DNA of 64,000 nt from Candidatus Babeliales bacterium (GTDB lineage Bacteria; Babelota; Babeliae; Babelales; RVW-14): NCBI GenBank assembly GCA_019749895.1, contig JAIEPG010000002.1:133750-197749 (forward strand), given 5' to 3'. Positions 36,158 to 44,836 of the stretch are shown piece after piece (position 1 is the stretch's first letter; each line of letters starts with the position of its first letter). The translations under genes were made by a program, and so were the position numbers. The notes beneath the pieces are model-generated. The model was not told the DNA's origin. It saw only the letters and a list, made by a program, of their open reading frames with translations, and searched no databases.

Positions 36158-36671
36158 TAACAGTAAAACTTTAAGTAGAGTTTTAATTTTGTGTGGTACT
36201 ATTTTTTTAGCAGCATGCTTTCCCAAGCAACAAATTTCGCAAAATTCACACGTTCCACTCTTTATTCCAGTACCACTCAGTAAATTCACTTTTCGTGATA
36301 TATCGACACTTATTTATCAGTCTATGAGCGACCATTGCGCACGGGTTGGCCATACACTGGTTACCCAAGCCCAAAACGGTTATTCGTTGCATATTGAAGT
36401 CAAAGATTTATCTTCCTTAAGAAAATTTGTCTCTCCTGATGTCTTACTTTTTCACACAACAGTTCGGCTTGAACTAGCTTGTTCGCTCTATAATTTTACA
36501 CAAGAGCTTATTGCACAAAAAACATTTCATTTTTCGACCTTGATATCTAAGGCAAGAAATCCTATTATTAACAGTAGTTTTTTAACATTTGAATACAAAC
36601 AATTAATGAACCAAGCAGCGCCAAAAATTGAACGCTACTTCAGGCGATTTCTGAAAAAAGATGGATTTTAA
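36138..36671 (+). CDS. Lipoprotein, possibly LptE-like (LPS-assembly lipoprotein)
   Basis: A lipobox is present (LILCGTIFLAAC). The gene sits immediately upstream of the holA-like gene, as lptE does in E. coli. I recognised no diagnostic sequence motif, so this is a positional inference. It overlaps the rph 3' end. Confidence 0.4.
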   Translation: MLMSKNSNSKTLSRVLILCGTIFLAACFPKQQISQNSHVPLFIPVPLSKFTFRDISTLIYQSMSDHCARVGHTLVTQAQNGYSLHIEVKDLSSLRKFVSPDVLLFHTTVRLELACSLYNFTQELIAQKTFHFSTLISKARNPIINSSFLTFEYKQLMNQAAPKIERYFRRFLKKDGF

Positions 36672-37638
36672 AAATTTTCTCAAACAAGCCCTTACTCACG
36701 ATTTTTGGCAACAAAACAAAAGTTACTGTTTTCAAGGATCTGTCTACCCATACTTTTTTTTCAGAACACTTTTTGCTCAATTAAGTAAAACTAACTGCTT
36801 ACCAGCGAATTTAGCAAAAACATGGGCAACAGTTTTGGATGAAAAAAAAATCCAAGTTATGTTAGCGCAAAATATGCTTGGCATAAATTCGTTTTATTGG
36901 TTCGGCGATAGCATTAACACATTACCTGAAAAGACAAAAAAGAACTTAATCGAATTTTTTTGCCTGTACAGAGGGCCAAACAGTATCAGCTTTTTTGTTG
37001 ATCTTGAAACGAATATTTCTACATACCCATGCACCTTAATTGCGATACCTAGTACTATTGATTACACAGATCTTCAACTACTGTTATCTTTTTATGGGAA
37101 AAATATTCCTGAAAAAAAAATGGCTTTGCTCAAAAAAATATTTGCTCGAACGCCATCGTTACCACTCGACACCTGTTGCAACATTTTGAATATGCTTGAT
37201 CTTGTAAGCGTTCAATTACTGGACCAATTATTTACCTATCTTGAAAAATCACTTGAAACACAACCTGCATTTGCACAACTTTCAGAATATTTTTTTTCAG
37301 GAAACGCATCAGCATTTTTTTCTGTCTGGAGTAAGGTCAGTCAAGAATATCCAGAAATATTTTGGCTATCATATTGGTCTGAACAAGTGTGGCGCGCATA
37401 TCATACTAAAAAATTTCTACAAAAAAATGACTTTGTTCAAGCAAAAAAGATGGGCTACCGCCTTCCCTATTCATTCATGAATCGATATTGGAAAAATTTT
37501 AAACTTCAAGATCTATCCGAATTGCATGAACAATTGTATACTATCGACTACGCATTAAAAACAGGATCGACATTTTGCTTGCTCGACCAATTTTATTTGA
37601 ATCATTTTTTGAAGTATACACAACAAAAGGGGATGTAG
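36661..37638 (+). CDS. holA: Probable DNA polymerase III delta subunit (divergent)
   Basis: The size (325 aa), helical C-terminal half and position after an lptE-like lipoprotein gene fit holA. Sequence similarity judged by eye is weak. Confidence 0.45.
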   Translation: MDFKNFLKQALTHDFWQQNKSYCFQGSVYPYFFFRTLFAQLSKTNCLPANLAKTWATVLDEKKIQVMLAQNMLGINSFYWFGDSINTLPEKTKKNLIEFFCLYRGPNSISFFVDLETNISTYPCTLIAIPSTIDYTDLQLLLSFYGKNIPEKKMALLKKIFARTPSLPLDTCCNILNMLDLVSVQLLDQLFTYLEKSLETQPAFAQLSEYFFSGNASAFFSVWSKVSQEYPEIFWLSYWSEQVWRAYHTKKFLQKNDFVQAKKMGYRLPYSFMNRYWKNFKLQDLSELHEQLYTIDYALKTGSTFCLLDQFYLNHFLKYTQQKGM

Positions 37639-37643
37639 ATTTT

Positions 37644-37907
37644 ATGGCGCTATCATTGTACGATCTTTTAAAACGAGAAATAAAACGCATGATTGTTGGC
37701 ATTGGAAAAGATGGTGCTGGCAACATTCACCCACTCATTATGAACGAAACAGAACGTTACGTCATTGAGCAAGTTTTACGAGAAACGAATAATAATTATT
37801 TACTCGCTTCAAAAATGCTGGGTATTAGCAGAAGTACTTTATATAGAAAAATAGATACGCTCAGTATTGTCACCAATAAAAATAATCCTGAAAAATTAAC
37901 TTTTTAA
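37644..37907 (+). CDS. Fis-family helix-turn-helix DNA-binding protein
   Basis: The C-terminal NYLLASKMLGISRSTLYRKI is a Fis-type HTH (HTH_8). Start set to the ATG at 37644, because the track start at 37575 overlaps holA. Confidence 0.7.
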   Translation: MALSLYDLLKREIKRMIVGIGKDGAGNIHPLIMNETERYVIEQVLRETNNNYLLASKMLGISRSTLYRKIDTLSIVTNKNNPEKLTF

Positions 37908-37911
37908 GTGA

Positions 37912-38949
37912 TTATTTCATTAACGCATCTTTAAAGAAGTTGAGTTCATCAAGCACTTTGCCTGCACCAAGCACCACACACAAGAGTGGATCTTCAGCAA
38001 CGCGCACCGGCAAACCAGTTTCTTTGGAAACAAGAACATCCAGCTTTTTCAATAATGAACCACCACCAGACATTACAATACCACGATCAACCAAATCTGA
38101 CGAAAGTTCTGGCGGTGTGTTTTCAAGAGCTGAACGAACTGCATCAATGATAACTGAAATAGGCTCAGTCAATGACTCAAAAACTTCAGCATCGGTGAGC
38201 GTTAATGTTTTTGGAACGCCGGTTATCAAATCGCGACCCTTAATTTCCATTTGCTGAGATTCATCTGACAAAATAGCGGTACCAATTTTTATTTTGATAT
38301 CTTCTGCGGTTTTTTCGCCAATCAATAAATTGTACTTGCGCTTCACATACTGCACAATTGCGCGGTCCATTTCATCGCCACCAACACGCACTGACTTGCA
38401 ATAGACAATGTCTTTAAGCGAAATAATAGCAACTTCTGTTGTTCCACCGCCAATATCTACAATCATATTGCCCGTTGGTTCACCAACAGGAAGCCCCGCC
38501 CCGATTGCCGCAGCCATTGGCTCCATAATAGTATACACTTCACGAGCTCCTGCTTGCTTGGCAGAATCTTCTACCGCACGTTTTTCAACTTGCGTAATAC
38601 CAGAAGGAACACCAATAATCATGCGTGGACGTACGAGCGTTTTGCGATTATTGTGCACTTCGCGAATAAAATAGCGCAACATACTTTCGGTCAATTCAAA
38701 ATTTGCAATTACACCATCACGCATGGGTCTACTTGCAATAATACTTTCTGGTGTTTTACCAAGCATTAATTTTGCTTTATTGCCAGCCGCAAGTACTTCA
38801 TTTGTTGAAGATTTAATAGCCACTACTGAGGGCTGATCAAGAACAATGCCTTGATCTTTAACATAAATCACGGTATTTGCTGTTCCAAGATCGATTGCCA
38901 TATCATTGGAAAAAAAGCTAAAAAGCTTTCTAGCTGGCCAATATTTCAT
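37912..38949 (-). CDS. mreB: Rod shape-determining protein MreB
   Basis: FSNDMAIDLGTANTVIYVK, DIGGGTTEVAIISL and MSGGGSLL are actin-like MreB motifs. No mreCD genes are adjacent. Confidence 0.95.
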   Translation of the reverse strand: MKYWPARKLFSFFSNDMAIDLGTANTVIYVKDQGIVLDQPSVVAIKSSTNEVLAAGNKAKLMLGKTPESIIASRPMRDGVIANFELTESMLRYFIREVHNNRKTLVRPRMIIGVPSGITQVEKRAVEDSAKQAGAREVYTIMEPMAAAIGAGLPVGEPTGNMIVDIGGGTTEVAIISLKDIVYCKSVRVGGDEMDRAIVQYVKRKYNLLIGEKTAEDIKIKIGTAILSDESQQMEIKGRDLITGVPKTLTLTDAEVFESLTEPISVIIDAVRSALENTPPELSSDLVDRGIVMSGGGSLLKKLDVLVSKETGLPVRVAEDPLLCVVLGAGKVLDELNFFKDALMK

Positions 38950-38968
38950 TATGTATCCTTACCTCAAA

Positions 38969-40315
38969 TTAAAAGTGCAGTTCTACACCACATGAAACCT
39001 GATGTGTTTTACAAATCGCGCTACCACCTATAGGAATGTCGTATGCAACATAAATAGTAGGATCAAAAGACCAATTATTCAAGGCTTTTTTTGTATCATA
39101 CAAAAATTGTAAAGTCACATAATGCGATCGACGACTTGTTTTATTTTCTTTGTCAGCAATATTAGCATTAATTGCTTCCTGATTAATATCAACTGTTGGT
39201 ATACGACTCAAATAACTTGCTATTGTTTTATCTTTACGCGCATCACGAAATGTATCGTGTTCATGACGAACATAGGTATAACGACCCTGTAAACTCAAGC
39301 CGTCAGTTAAATTTTCAAGAATTACATACGGCGAAATTTTAAACGTAAAACCTGGATCAACCTGAATTTTACCAATCAAAGAACTAAAAATGTCCGGTTC
39401 TTGGTAAGTTGCCATGCGCCTCAACCTTGTTTCTTTAAACTGATGCAAGAAACCAAACATAAATCCTACTTTTAAATCTTGTTTTAATTCAAACTCTGGA
39501 ACAAAGTCGAAATATAAACCCCAGTGGCCATTTCCCATAAATGACACCGATGTTGGAACATCATTGTCGGCAAACGCCCCGGTTGGCAGAATCAGCCCAA
39601 GGCGCGCATTAAGATTAATACTACGCATAAGCAACTTATGATCGGTAAAAAAATTATACTGAGCAAAAATATCAATATCTCCCAAACCACCTTTTTGCCA
39701 TGAGTTTTGAGTAAAACCAATAACATCATGCGTTTGTCGACGAAATTTATCCATGTCTTGGCTCAAGGTACGTTTTTCGTTATCAGTCAAAACCCGCGGC
39801 AAAGACGGCTCGGTCTGTTCTTGAAAGTCTTTACTCAAAAATTGGTAGCGCGCCGTTGTGTCCAAATGCATAATGGGCGCCCATAAGCCAAAAAGAAAAC
39901 GATGCTCTTCTGTTATTTTATAAGGATATTTGTACGAAAGAACAAGGCCGCGCGATCTAATCCGTTGGCTTACTTTAAAAGGAGCCTTAACGGTATCAAA
40001 ACCAGGACCATATTTTCCAATCAATGGGTTGACATATGCGGGATTCACCGCTTGCAAAGAAAAGATGATATCATTTAAATCATACTTTCCCCACAGCTCT
40101 GGAATACCAACCGTGCCACGCGAACGACTAAATGCCGTCGAAGCAAAGGTCATAAAAAACGATGTATCAACAACATGTTTGTCGTTATACCCATAATCTT
40201 CAGGTTTTTCAAAAAAAGGAAAATAGCGACTTCCATTATGAGTTGCACAAAGGCTATCGATTATTGTGAGAAAAAAAGCTGCTAAAAATAAAAAACGCTT
40301 TATGTGAGGCATCAT
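38969..40315 (-). CDS. Putative outer-membrane beta-barrel protein
   Basis: Signal peptide (FLFLAAFFLTIIDSLCA), alternating amphipathic strands rich in aromatic/Gly residues, and a C-terminal ...GVELHF ending in Phe, as in OMP sorting signals. Family not recognised. Confidence 0.5.
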   Translation of the reverse strand: MMPHIKRFLFLAAFFLTIIDSLCATHNGSRYFPFFEKPEDYGYNDKHVVDTSFFMTFASTAFSRSRGTVGIPELWGKYDLNDIIFSLQAVNPAYVNPLIGKYGPGFDTVKAPFKVSQRIRSRGLVLSYKYPYKITEEHRFLFGLWAPIMHLDTTARYQFLSKDFQEQTEPSLPRVLTDNEKRTLSQDMDKFRRQTHDVIGFTQNSWQKGGLGDIDIFAQYNFFTDHKLLMRSINLNARLGLILPTGAFADNDVPTSVSFMGNGHWGLYFDFVPEFELKQDLKVGFMFGFLHQFKETRLRRMATYQEPDIFSSLIGKIQVDPGFTFKISPYVILENLTDGLSLQGRYTYVRHEHDTFRDARKDKTIASYLSRIPTVDINQEAINANIADKENKTSRRSHYVTLQFLYDTKKALNNWSFDPTIYVAYDIPIGGSAICKTHQVSCGVELHF

Positions 40316-40563
40316 TTTTCCACCATGTCGTTAAGGTGTTATGATACAAAATTGCAATGCAAAAACACGCTTGAATGCAAGTTTTGAGATTACTTCAAAT
40401 TCAAGTTTAGTCAAGGAAACTATTGGTAGTTGTTTGATAATTTTCTGACAAAAATAAAAGCATGCCACTTTATCATCACAATTGGTTCTATGCTAAAGAT
40501 TAAAATTGAGGTACAGTTAATTCAATAAAAAGGAAAGTGCAACCCCGTAAGTGAGAATTACTC

Positions 40564-41358
40564 ATGGATGCAATGAAAAAATCGTCGACCAAAAATCACC
40601 AGATTTTTGTTGCAAACTGGAAGATGTATACATCAGCCGACGAAGAAATTCGTATTGGGTCTGAAAATTATGACAATTTTATAGATCTTGCTCGCAACCC
40701 AAATCATGAAATTATTTTGTGTCCTTCTTTTTTATCGTTGCACACACTCAGTAATATTTTTAAAGAAACTCCAGTTCAGCTGGGCGCACAAGATTGCTCC
40801 GAACATAACAAAGGCGCCTTTACCGGCCAAGTTTCAGCAAAAAGCCTCAAAGCAGCTGGCTGTTCTTATTGCATTATTGGCCACAGCGAGCGTCGCCAGT
40901 TTAACGCTGAAAACAATCAACAAATATCCCTCAAATTCCAACACCTACTGGACCAAGGCATTGCGCCAATTGTATGCGTTGGAGAAAACGAAACTGAATA
41001 TCAAGAACACAGAGCCCTTCAGGTCTTAGAAGATCAGCTTAAAGAAATTTTCTCTTTGATGCGCTCAAGTAAATATACATTGCGAGATTTGCCTATTTGT
41101 ATCGCTTACGAACCAATTTGGGCTATTGGTACCGGCAATGTTGCTCAACCCGAACATTTGAATACCGTGTTTGCTTGGCTTGCCAATCAAACCAAAAATA
41201 TCGATCCATCAATCAATTGGAAGTTTTTGTACGGCGGCAGTGTAAAAGCAAATAATGCCGCCTGGCTGAAAGAAATTGAATATTTGGACGGTTTTTTGAT
41301 TGGTGGTGCAAGTTTGGATTTTCAAGAGTTTGAAAAAATAGTATACTGTACTAATTAG
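40564..41358 (+). CDS. tpiA: Triosephosphate isomerase
   Basis: The ANWKM, GHSERR and AYEPIWAIGTG motifs are present. Confidence 0.95.
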   Translation: MDAMKKSSTKNHQIFVANWKMYTSADEEIRIGSENYDNFIDLARNPNHEIILCPSFLSLHTLSNIFKETPVQLGAQDCSEHNKGAFTGQVSAKSLKAAGCSYCIIGHSERRQFNAENNQQISLKFQHLLDQGIAPIVCVGENETEYQEHRALQVLEDQLKEIFSLMRSSKYTLRDLPICIAYEPIWAIGTGNVAQPEHLNTVFAWLANQTKNIDPSINWKFLYGGSVKANNAAWLKEIEYLDGFLIGGASLDFQEFEKIVYCTN

Positions 41359-41431
41359 AGACGAGTTATTAGTTTAGTTTAAATGAAAGCACCCGGCCCC
41401 TTACCATGCCTGGAGCAACTTGCGAGGAATT

Positions 41432-41782
41432 ATGTTTACTCTTTTGATGACACTATTTATCTTTTCATCACTCATTCTTGCTATCTTAATTTTAATTCAA
41501 CAAGGCAAAGGCGACATGGGCATGGGAAGTCTTGGCGGCAGCACACAGATGTTGTTTGGCGGCTCGGGCGGTCAGAATTTTTTTGAAAAAGCAACCTGGA
41601 TTCTTGGCGCTATCTTTTTGTTTGGCTCACTTGGCCTTACCGTTTTGAAAGCAAAAGAAACAAGAGAATCAAGCCTTAAAGGTTTTGTAAGTAAGAAACA
41701 AGCAAGCAAGCAACCAACTCAAGAATCTAAATCTCTTGATCTTGACATGGACTTGTCAAAAGACAGCAAAGAAACTGCTTAA
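41432..41782 (+). CDS. secG: Preprotein translocase subunit SecG with an extended polar C-tail
   Basis: LAILILIQQGKGDMG...GGSTQMLFGGSG is followed by a second TM helix. The tpiA-secG synteny is canonical. I preferred the ATG at 41432 over the track TTG at 41420. Confidence 0.85.
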   Translation: MFTLLMTLFIFSSLILAILILIQQGKGDMGMGSLGGSTQMLFGGSGGQNFFEKATWILGAIFLFGSLGLTVLKAKETRESSLKGFVSKKQASKQPTQESKSLDLDMDLSKDSKETA

Positions 41783-41865
41783 TAGATAAATTAATTATAA
41801 AAGAATTTTAGTGCGATTAACAGCAACGTAACACACCACCTTGAAAAATAGGAAATAGGAGATCG

Positions 41866-42639
41866 GTGTTAATTAAACTTGCTGACTACATTGGCGCAAA
41901 GTCAATTCATCTTTCTGAACGCCTGGGAAAAATTGGCCTTTTTCTTGGTGATTCAGTTATTACTTTGTTTACAACAAAGCTCAAGCTCAAAAAGTTTTTT
42001 TATTATATGAACTACATCGGCGTCAATTCGCTTGGTGTTGTTGGCCTGATTGGTGTTACCGGCGGAGCAGTTCTTGCCCTGCAAAGCTATATCGGCCTTC
42101 ATCGTTTTGGCGCAGAGCGCTTCATAGGCCCGGTAGTATTTCTTTCAATGACTCGCGAGCTTGGACCTGTCTTTACCGCAATTATGGTCATTGGACGCGC
42201 TGGTTCTGCTATTACTGCCGAAATTGGCACCATGCGGATTACGGAACAAATTGACGCTCTTCAAACACTCTGCATTAATGTTAAACAATATTTGGTGATT
42301 CCACGCATTTTAGCAGGAACTTTTATCTTACCTTTTCTTTCGATTATTTGCTCATTATCAGGAATTCTTGCTGGTTACATTACTGCTGTTTATGTTTTGG
42401 GCATTAATCCTGAAGTTTATATGGAAGCAATTCGCGAAAGCTCAGAACTTTCTGACATCACCATTGGACTTTTAAAAGCATGTGTATTTGGTTTTTTAAT
42501 TACGTTGGTAAGTACTTATAAAGGATACACTACCAGCGGCGGCTCAAAAGGCGTTGGCATTGCAACCACACAAAGCGTAGTTTTTTCTAACGTTACCATC
42601 TTTATTGCAAATTATATCTTAACCTCTTTACTGTTTTAA
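41866..42639 (+). CDS. mlaE: MlaE-family ABC transporter permease
   Basis: RELGPVFTAIMVIGRAGSAITAEIGTMRITEQIDAL is the signature region of MlaE/Ttg2B permeases. GTG start with AGGAG upstream. Confidence 0.9.
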   Translation: MLIKLADYIGAKSIHLSERLGKIGLFLGDSVITLFTTKLKLKKFFYYMNYIGVNSLGVVGLIGVTGGAVLALQSYIGLHRFGAERFIGPVVFLSMTRELGPVFTAIMVIGRAGSAITAEIGTMRITEQIDALQTLCINVKQYLVIPRILAGTFILPFLSIICSLSGILAGYITAVYVLGINPEVYMEAIRESSELSDITIGLLKACVFGFLITLVSTYKGYTTSGGSKGVGIATTQSVVFSNVTIFIANYILTSLLF

Positions 42640-42641
42640 TT

Positions 42642-43439
42642 ATGATACAGCTTACTGGTTTAAAAAAAGCATTCGGATCAAAAGAAATTACGCGCGGGCT
42701 TGATTTAACTATCAACACCGGCGAATTTATTGCTATCATTGGCAAATCTGGCGAAGGAAAATCTGTTTTACTTAAACAGATTATTGGTTTAATTAAACCA
42801 GACGCCGGCGAAGTAATTATTGATAATGAAGACGTAACCAAACTAAAAGGCAGAAAACAACAGGAAGTTTTTAAAAAATGCGGCTATGTTTTTCAGTTTG
42901 CCGCTCTTTTAGACTCATTAACCGTTTTTGAAAATATTGGCATTACGCTTTTGGAAGAAAATATTCCACAAGAAAAAGTTTTGCCCCTTGTCATTGAGAA
43001 GCTTAACAGCGTTGGACTAAGCCAAGATGTTTTGGACCGATACCCAGCAGAGCTTTCTGGTGGTATGAAAAAACGTGTTGGCCTTGCCCGAACACTCATG
43101 CTCACCCCAAAAATTCTGTTGTACGACGAACCAACAACGGGGCTAGACCCCATGACCACACGCCTTATTCATGAATTAATTTTAGACACGCATCAAAAAT
43201 TTAATATCACCACTGTTGTTATTTCGCACGATATTGAAGTATTTAAATTTGCTACCCATGTTGCCATGCTTTATGAAGGTAAAATTGTTTATAAAGGCGA
43301 TGCTAAAACAATTTGGGAATGCGATAATCCGTATATTTATCAGTTTATTCGCGGGCTACCTGAAGGACCTATTGAACAGGTAGGAACGCAGCAAACAAAC
43401 CAACCAGGTACTCCAACCAACGAAGACTCTCAACAATGA
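42642..43439 (+). CDS. mlaF: MlaF-family ABC transporter ATP-binding protein
   Basis: Walker A GKSGEGKS, signature LSGGMKKR, Walker B LLYDEPT, H-loop ISHD. Confidence 0.9.
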   Translation: MIQLTGLKKAFGSKEITRGLDLTINTGEFIAIIGKSGEGKSVLLKQIIGLIKPDAGEVIIDNEDVTKLKGRKQQEVFKKCGYVFQFAALLDSLTVFENIGITLLEENIPQEKVLPLVIEKLNSVGLSQDVLDRYPAELSGGMKKRVGLARTLMLTPKILLYDEPTTGLDPMTTRLIHELILDTHQKFNITTVVISHDIEVFKFATHVAMLYEGKIVYKGDAKTIWECDNPYIYQFIRGLPEGPIEQVGTQQTNQPGTPTNEDSQQ

Positions 43440-44725
43440 TTTATGAAAAACCATTTATTTTAATTATCGACGACGAAACAGCAATTCTAAAAACACTCAA
43501 AGAAGCTTTAGAAGATGAAGACTTTCGCGTACAAACACTAGCAGAACCCCGTCAAGCTCTTGAGCTGATTGGCCAATTAGTGCCCGACCTCATTTTACTC
43601 GACATTTCTATGCCTCACGTCAACGGCATTGATTTGTTAGAAAATATTAAAAAAGAATACCCTCAACAAAAAATCATCATGATTTCTGGCTACGGCAATA
43701 TACAACTCGCTCTTGAAGCAATACGCAAGGGCGCTTACGATTTTATAGAAAAGCCACTTAATTTGGACGAAGTTTTACCTAAAATTGAATTCTTAAAAAC
43801 CAGTTCAACTGCATGGCCACAACAACAAATCACGCCAAATAAGTTTTATGAACAACAAGGCATTGTAGGGAAAAGCTATTTTTTTCAAGAATTTATTGAT
43901 CAAATACAACGCGTAGCTCCTTTAAAACTTCCATTGCTCATTTATGGCCACCACGGCACTGGTAAAAGCATGATGGCACGCTACACACACACGCTCAGCA
44001 GCATTGCGCAACTCCCTTTTCATATATTTAACTGCGGTTCAGACGATAACGCTAAAAATTTTGATGAGTTTCTTGCACAAACCGGAACGCTCTTTGTTAA
44101 AAATATTGATATGCTTTCACTACCATTGCAAAAAAATCTAGCTGCTCATCTTGAAAATAAAAGTATGGAAAATCAGCGCCTTATTGCATCAGCAAACTCT
44201 TCTCTTATTTCGCGCGTACAAAACGGCACCTTCAACAGCCTCCTCTTTTTTAAACTCAATGTAACCCCACTCGAAATTCCCGCACTCAACAAGCGGCCCT
44301 ACGATATTCCATTATTGATCGAACATTTTGTTGAAGAAAACAAAAAAAGACATCATAAAACAATCGTTTTTCCAACAACAACCGTACGCCTTTTGCGCAA
44401 CCACCCGTGGACCGGAAACGTGCGCGAACTTGAGCAGTTTATTGAAAAGGTCACACTGCTCGCACCTGAAGACCATTATGTTGTTACCCAAGACAAGCTT
44501 GAAATGTATTTGCAAGAAAAAGACATATCATTTGTTGAAGAACAAAGTTTTACCTTTTTTAATTCTCTTAATGAAGCAACATCGATGTTTGAAAAAAAAT
44601 TTCTGTTGTATCTTTTGAGAAAAAATAAATATGATCTTGATCAGGTTTCAAGCAAACTAAGTATCAATACTTCACAGCTGCGATCAAAGATGCTGGATCT
44701 TAACATTGATCTAAAAAGTTCTTGA
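43436..44725 (+). CDS. NtrC-family response regulator with a degenerate AAA+ domain (no GAFTGA, Walker B lost) and a Fis-type HTH
   Basis: The REC domain looks intact (IIDDE, LILLDISMP, FIEKP). In the AAA+ core, Walker A reads GHHGTGKS, the Walker B region reads LFVKNID instead of LFLDEI, and the GAFTGA segment is absent. WTGNVRELEQ is retained and a C-terminal HTH is present. The start overlaps the mlaF stop by 4 nt (ATGA). Confidence 0.8.
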   Translation: MIYEKPFILIIDDETAILKTLKEALEDEDFRVQTLAEPRQALELIGQLVPDLILLDISMPHVNGIDLLENIKKEYPQQKIIMISGYGNIQLALEAIRKGAYDFIEKPLNLDEVLPKIEFLKTSSTAWPQQQITPNKFYEQQGIVGKSYFFQEFIDQIQRVAPLKLPLLIYGHHGTGKSMMARYTHTLSSIAQLPFHIFNCGSDDNAKNFDEFLAQTGTLFVKNIDMLSLPLQKNLAAHLENKSMENQRLIASANSSLISRVQNGTFNSLLFFKLNVTPLEIPALNKRPYDIPLLIEHFVEENKKRHHKTIVFPTTTVRLLRNHPWTGNVRELEQFIEKVTLLAPEDHYVVTQDKLEMYLQEKDISFVEEQSFTFFNSLNEATSMFEKKFLLYLLRKNKYDLDQVSSKLSINTSQLRSKMLDLNIDLKSS

Positions 44726-44836
44726 TTCTCAAGTAAAAAAATTCACTTAGACATTCGTTAATTACCTGCTAAAATACCAACATGAAGTGTAATACATTAC
44801 GACTCATAAGGTTATTGATAATAGTGAGGAGTTACC

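Noticed and set aside
37575-37643. Longer start for the Fis-like gene (track ORF 37575)
   Set aside because: It would overlap the last 64 nt of holA and add a hydrophobic, non-homologous leader. The ATG at 37644, 6 nt after the holA stop, gives a typical ~87-aa Fis-type protein.
41383-41586. 67-aa ORF overlapping the start of secG in another frame
   Set aside because: The secG frame carries the conserved QQGKG...GGS...FGG motifs. The alternative frame is Arg/His-rich with no features.
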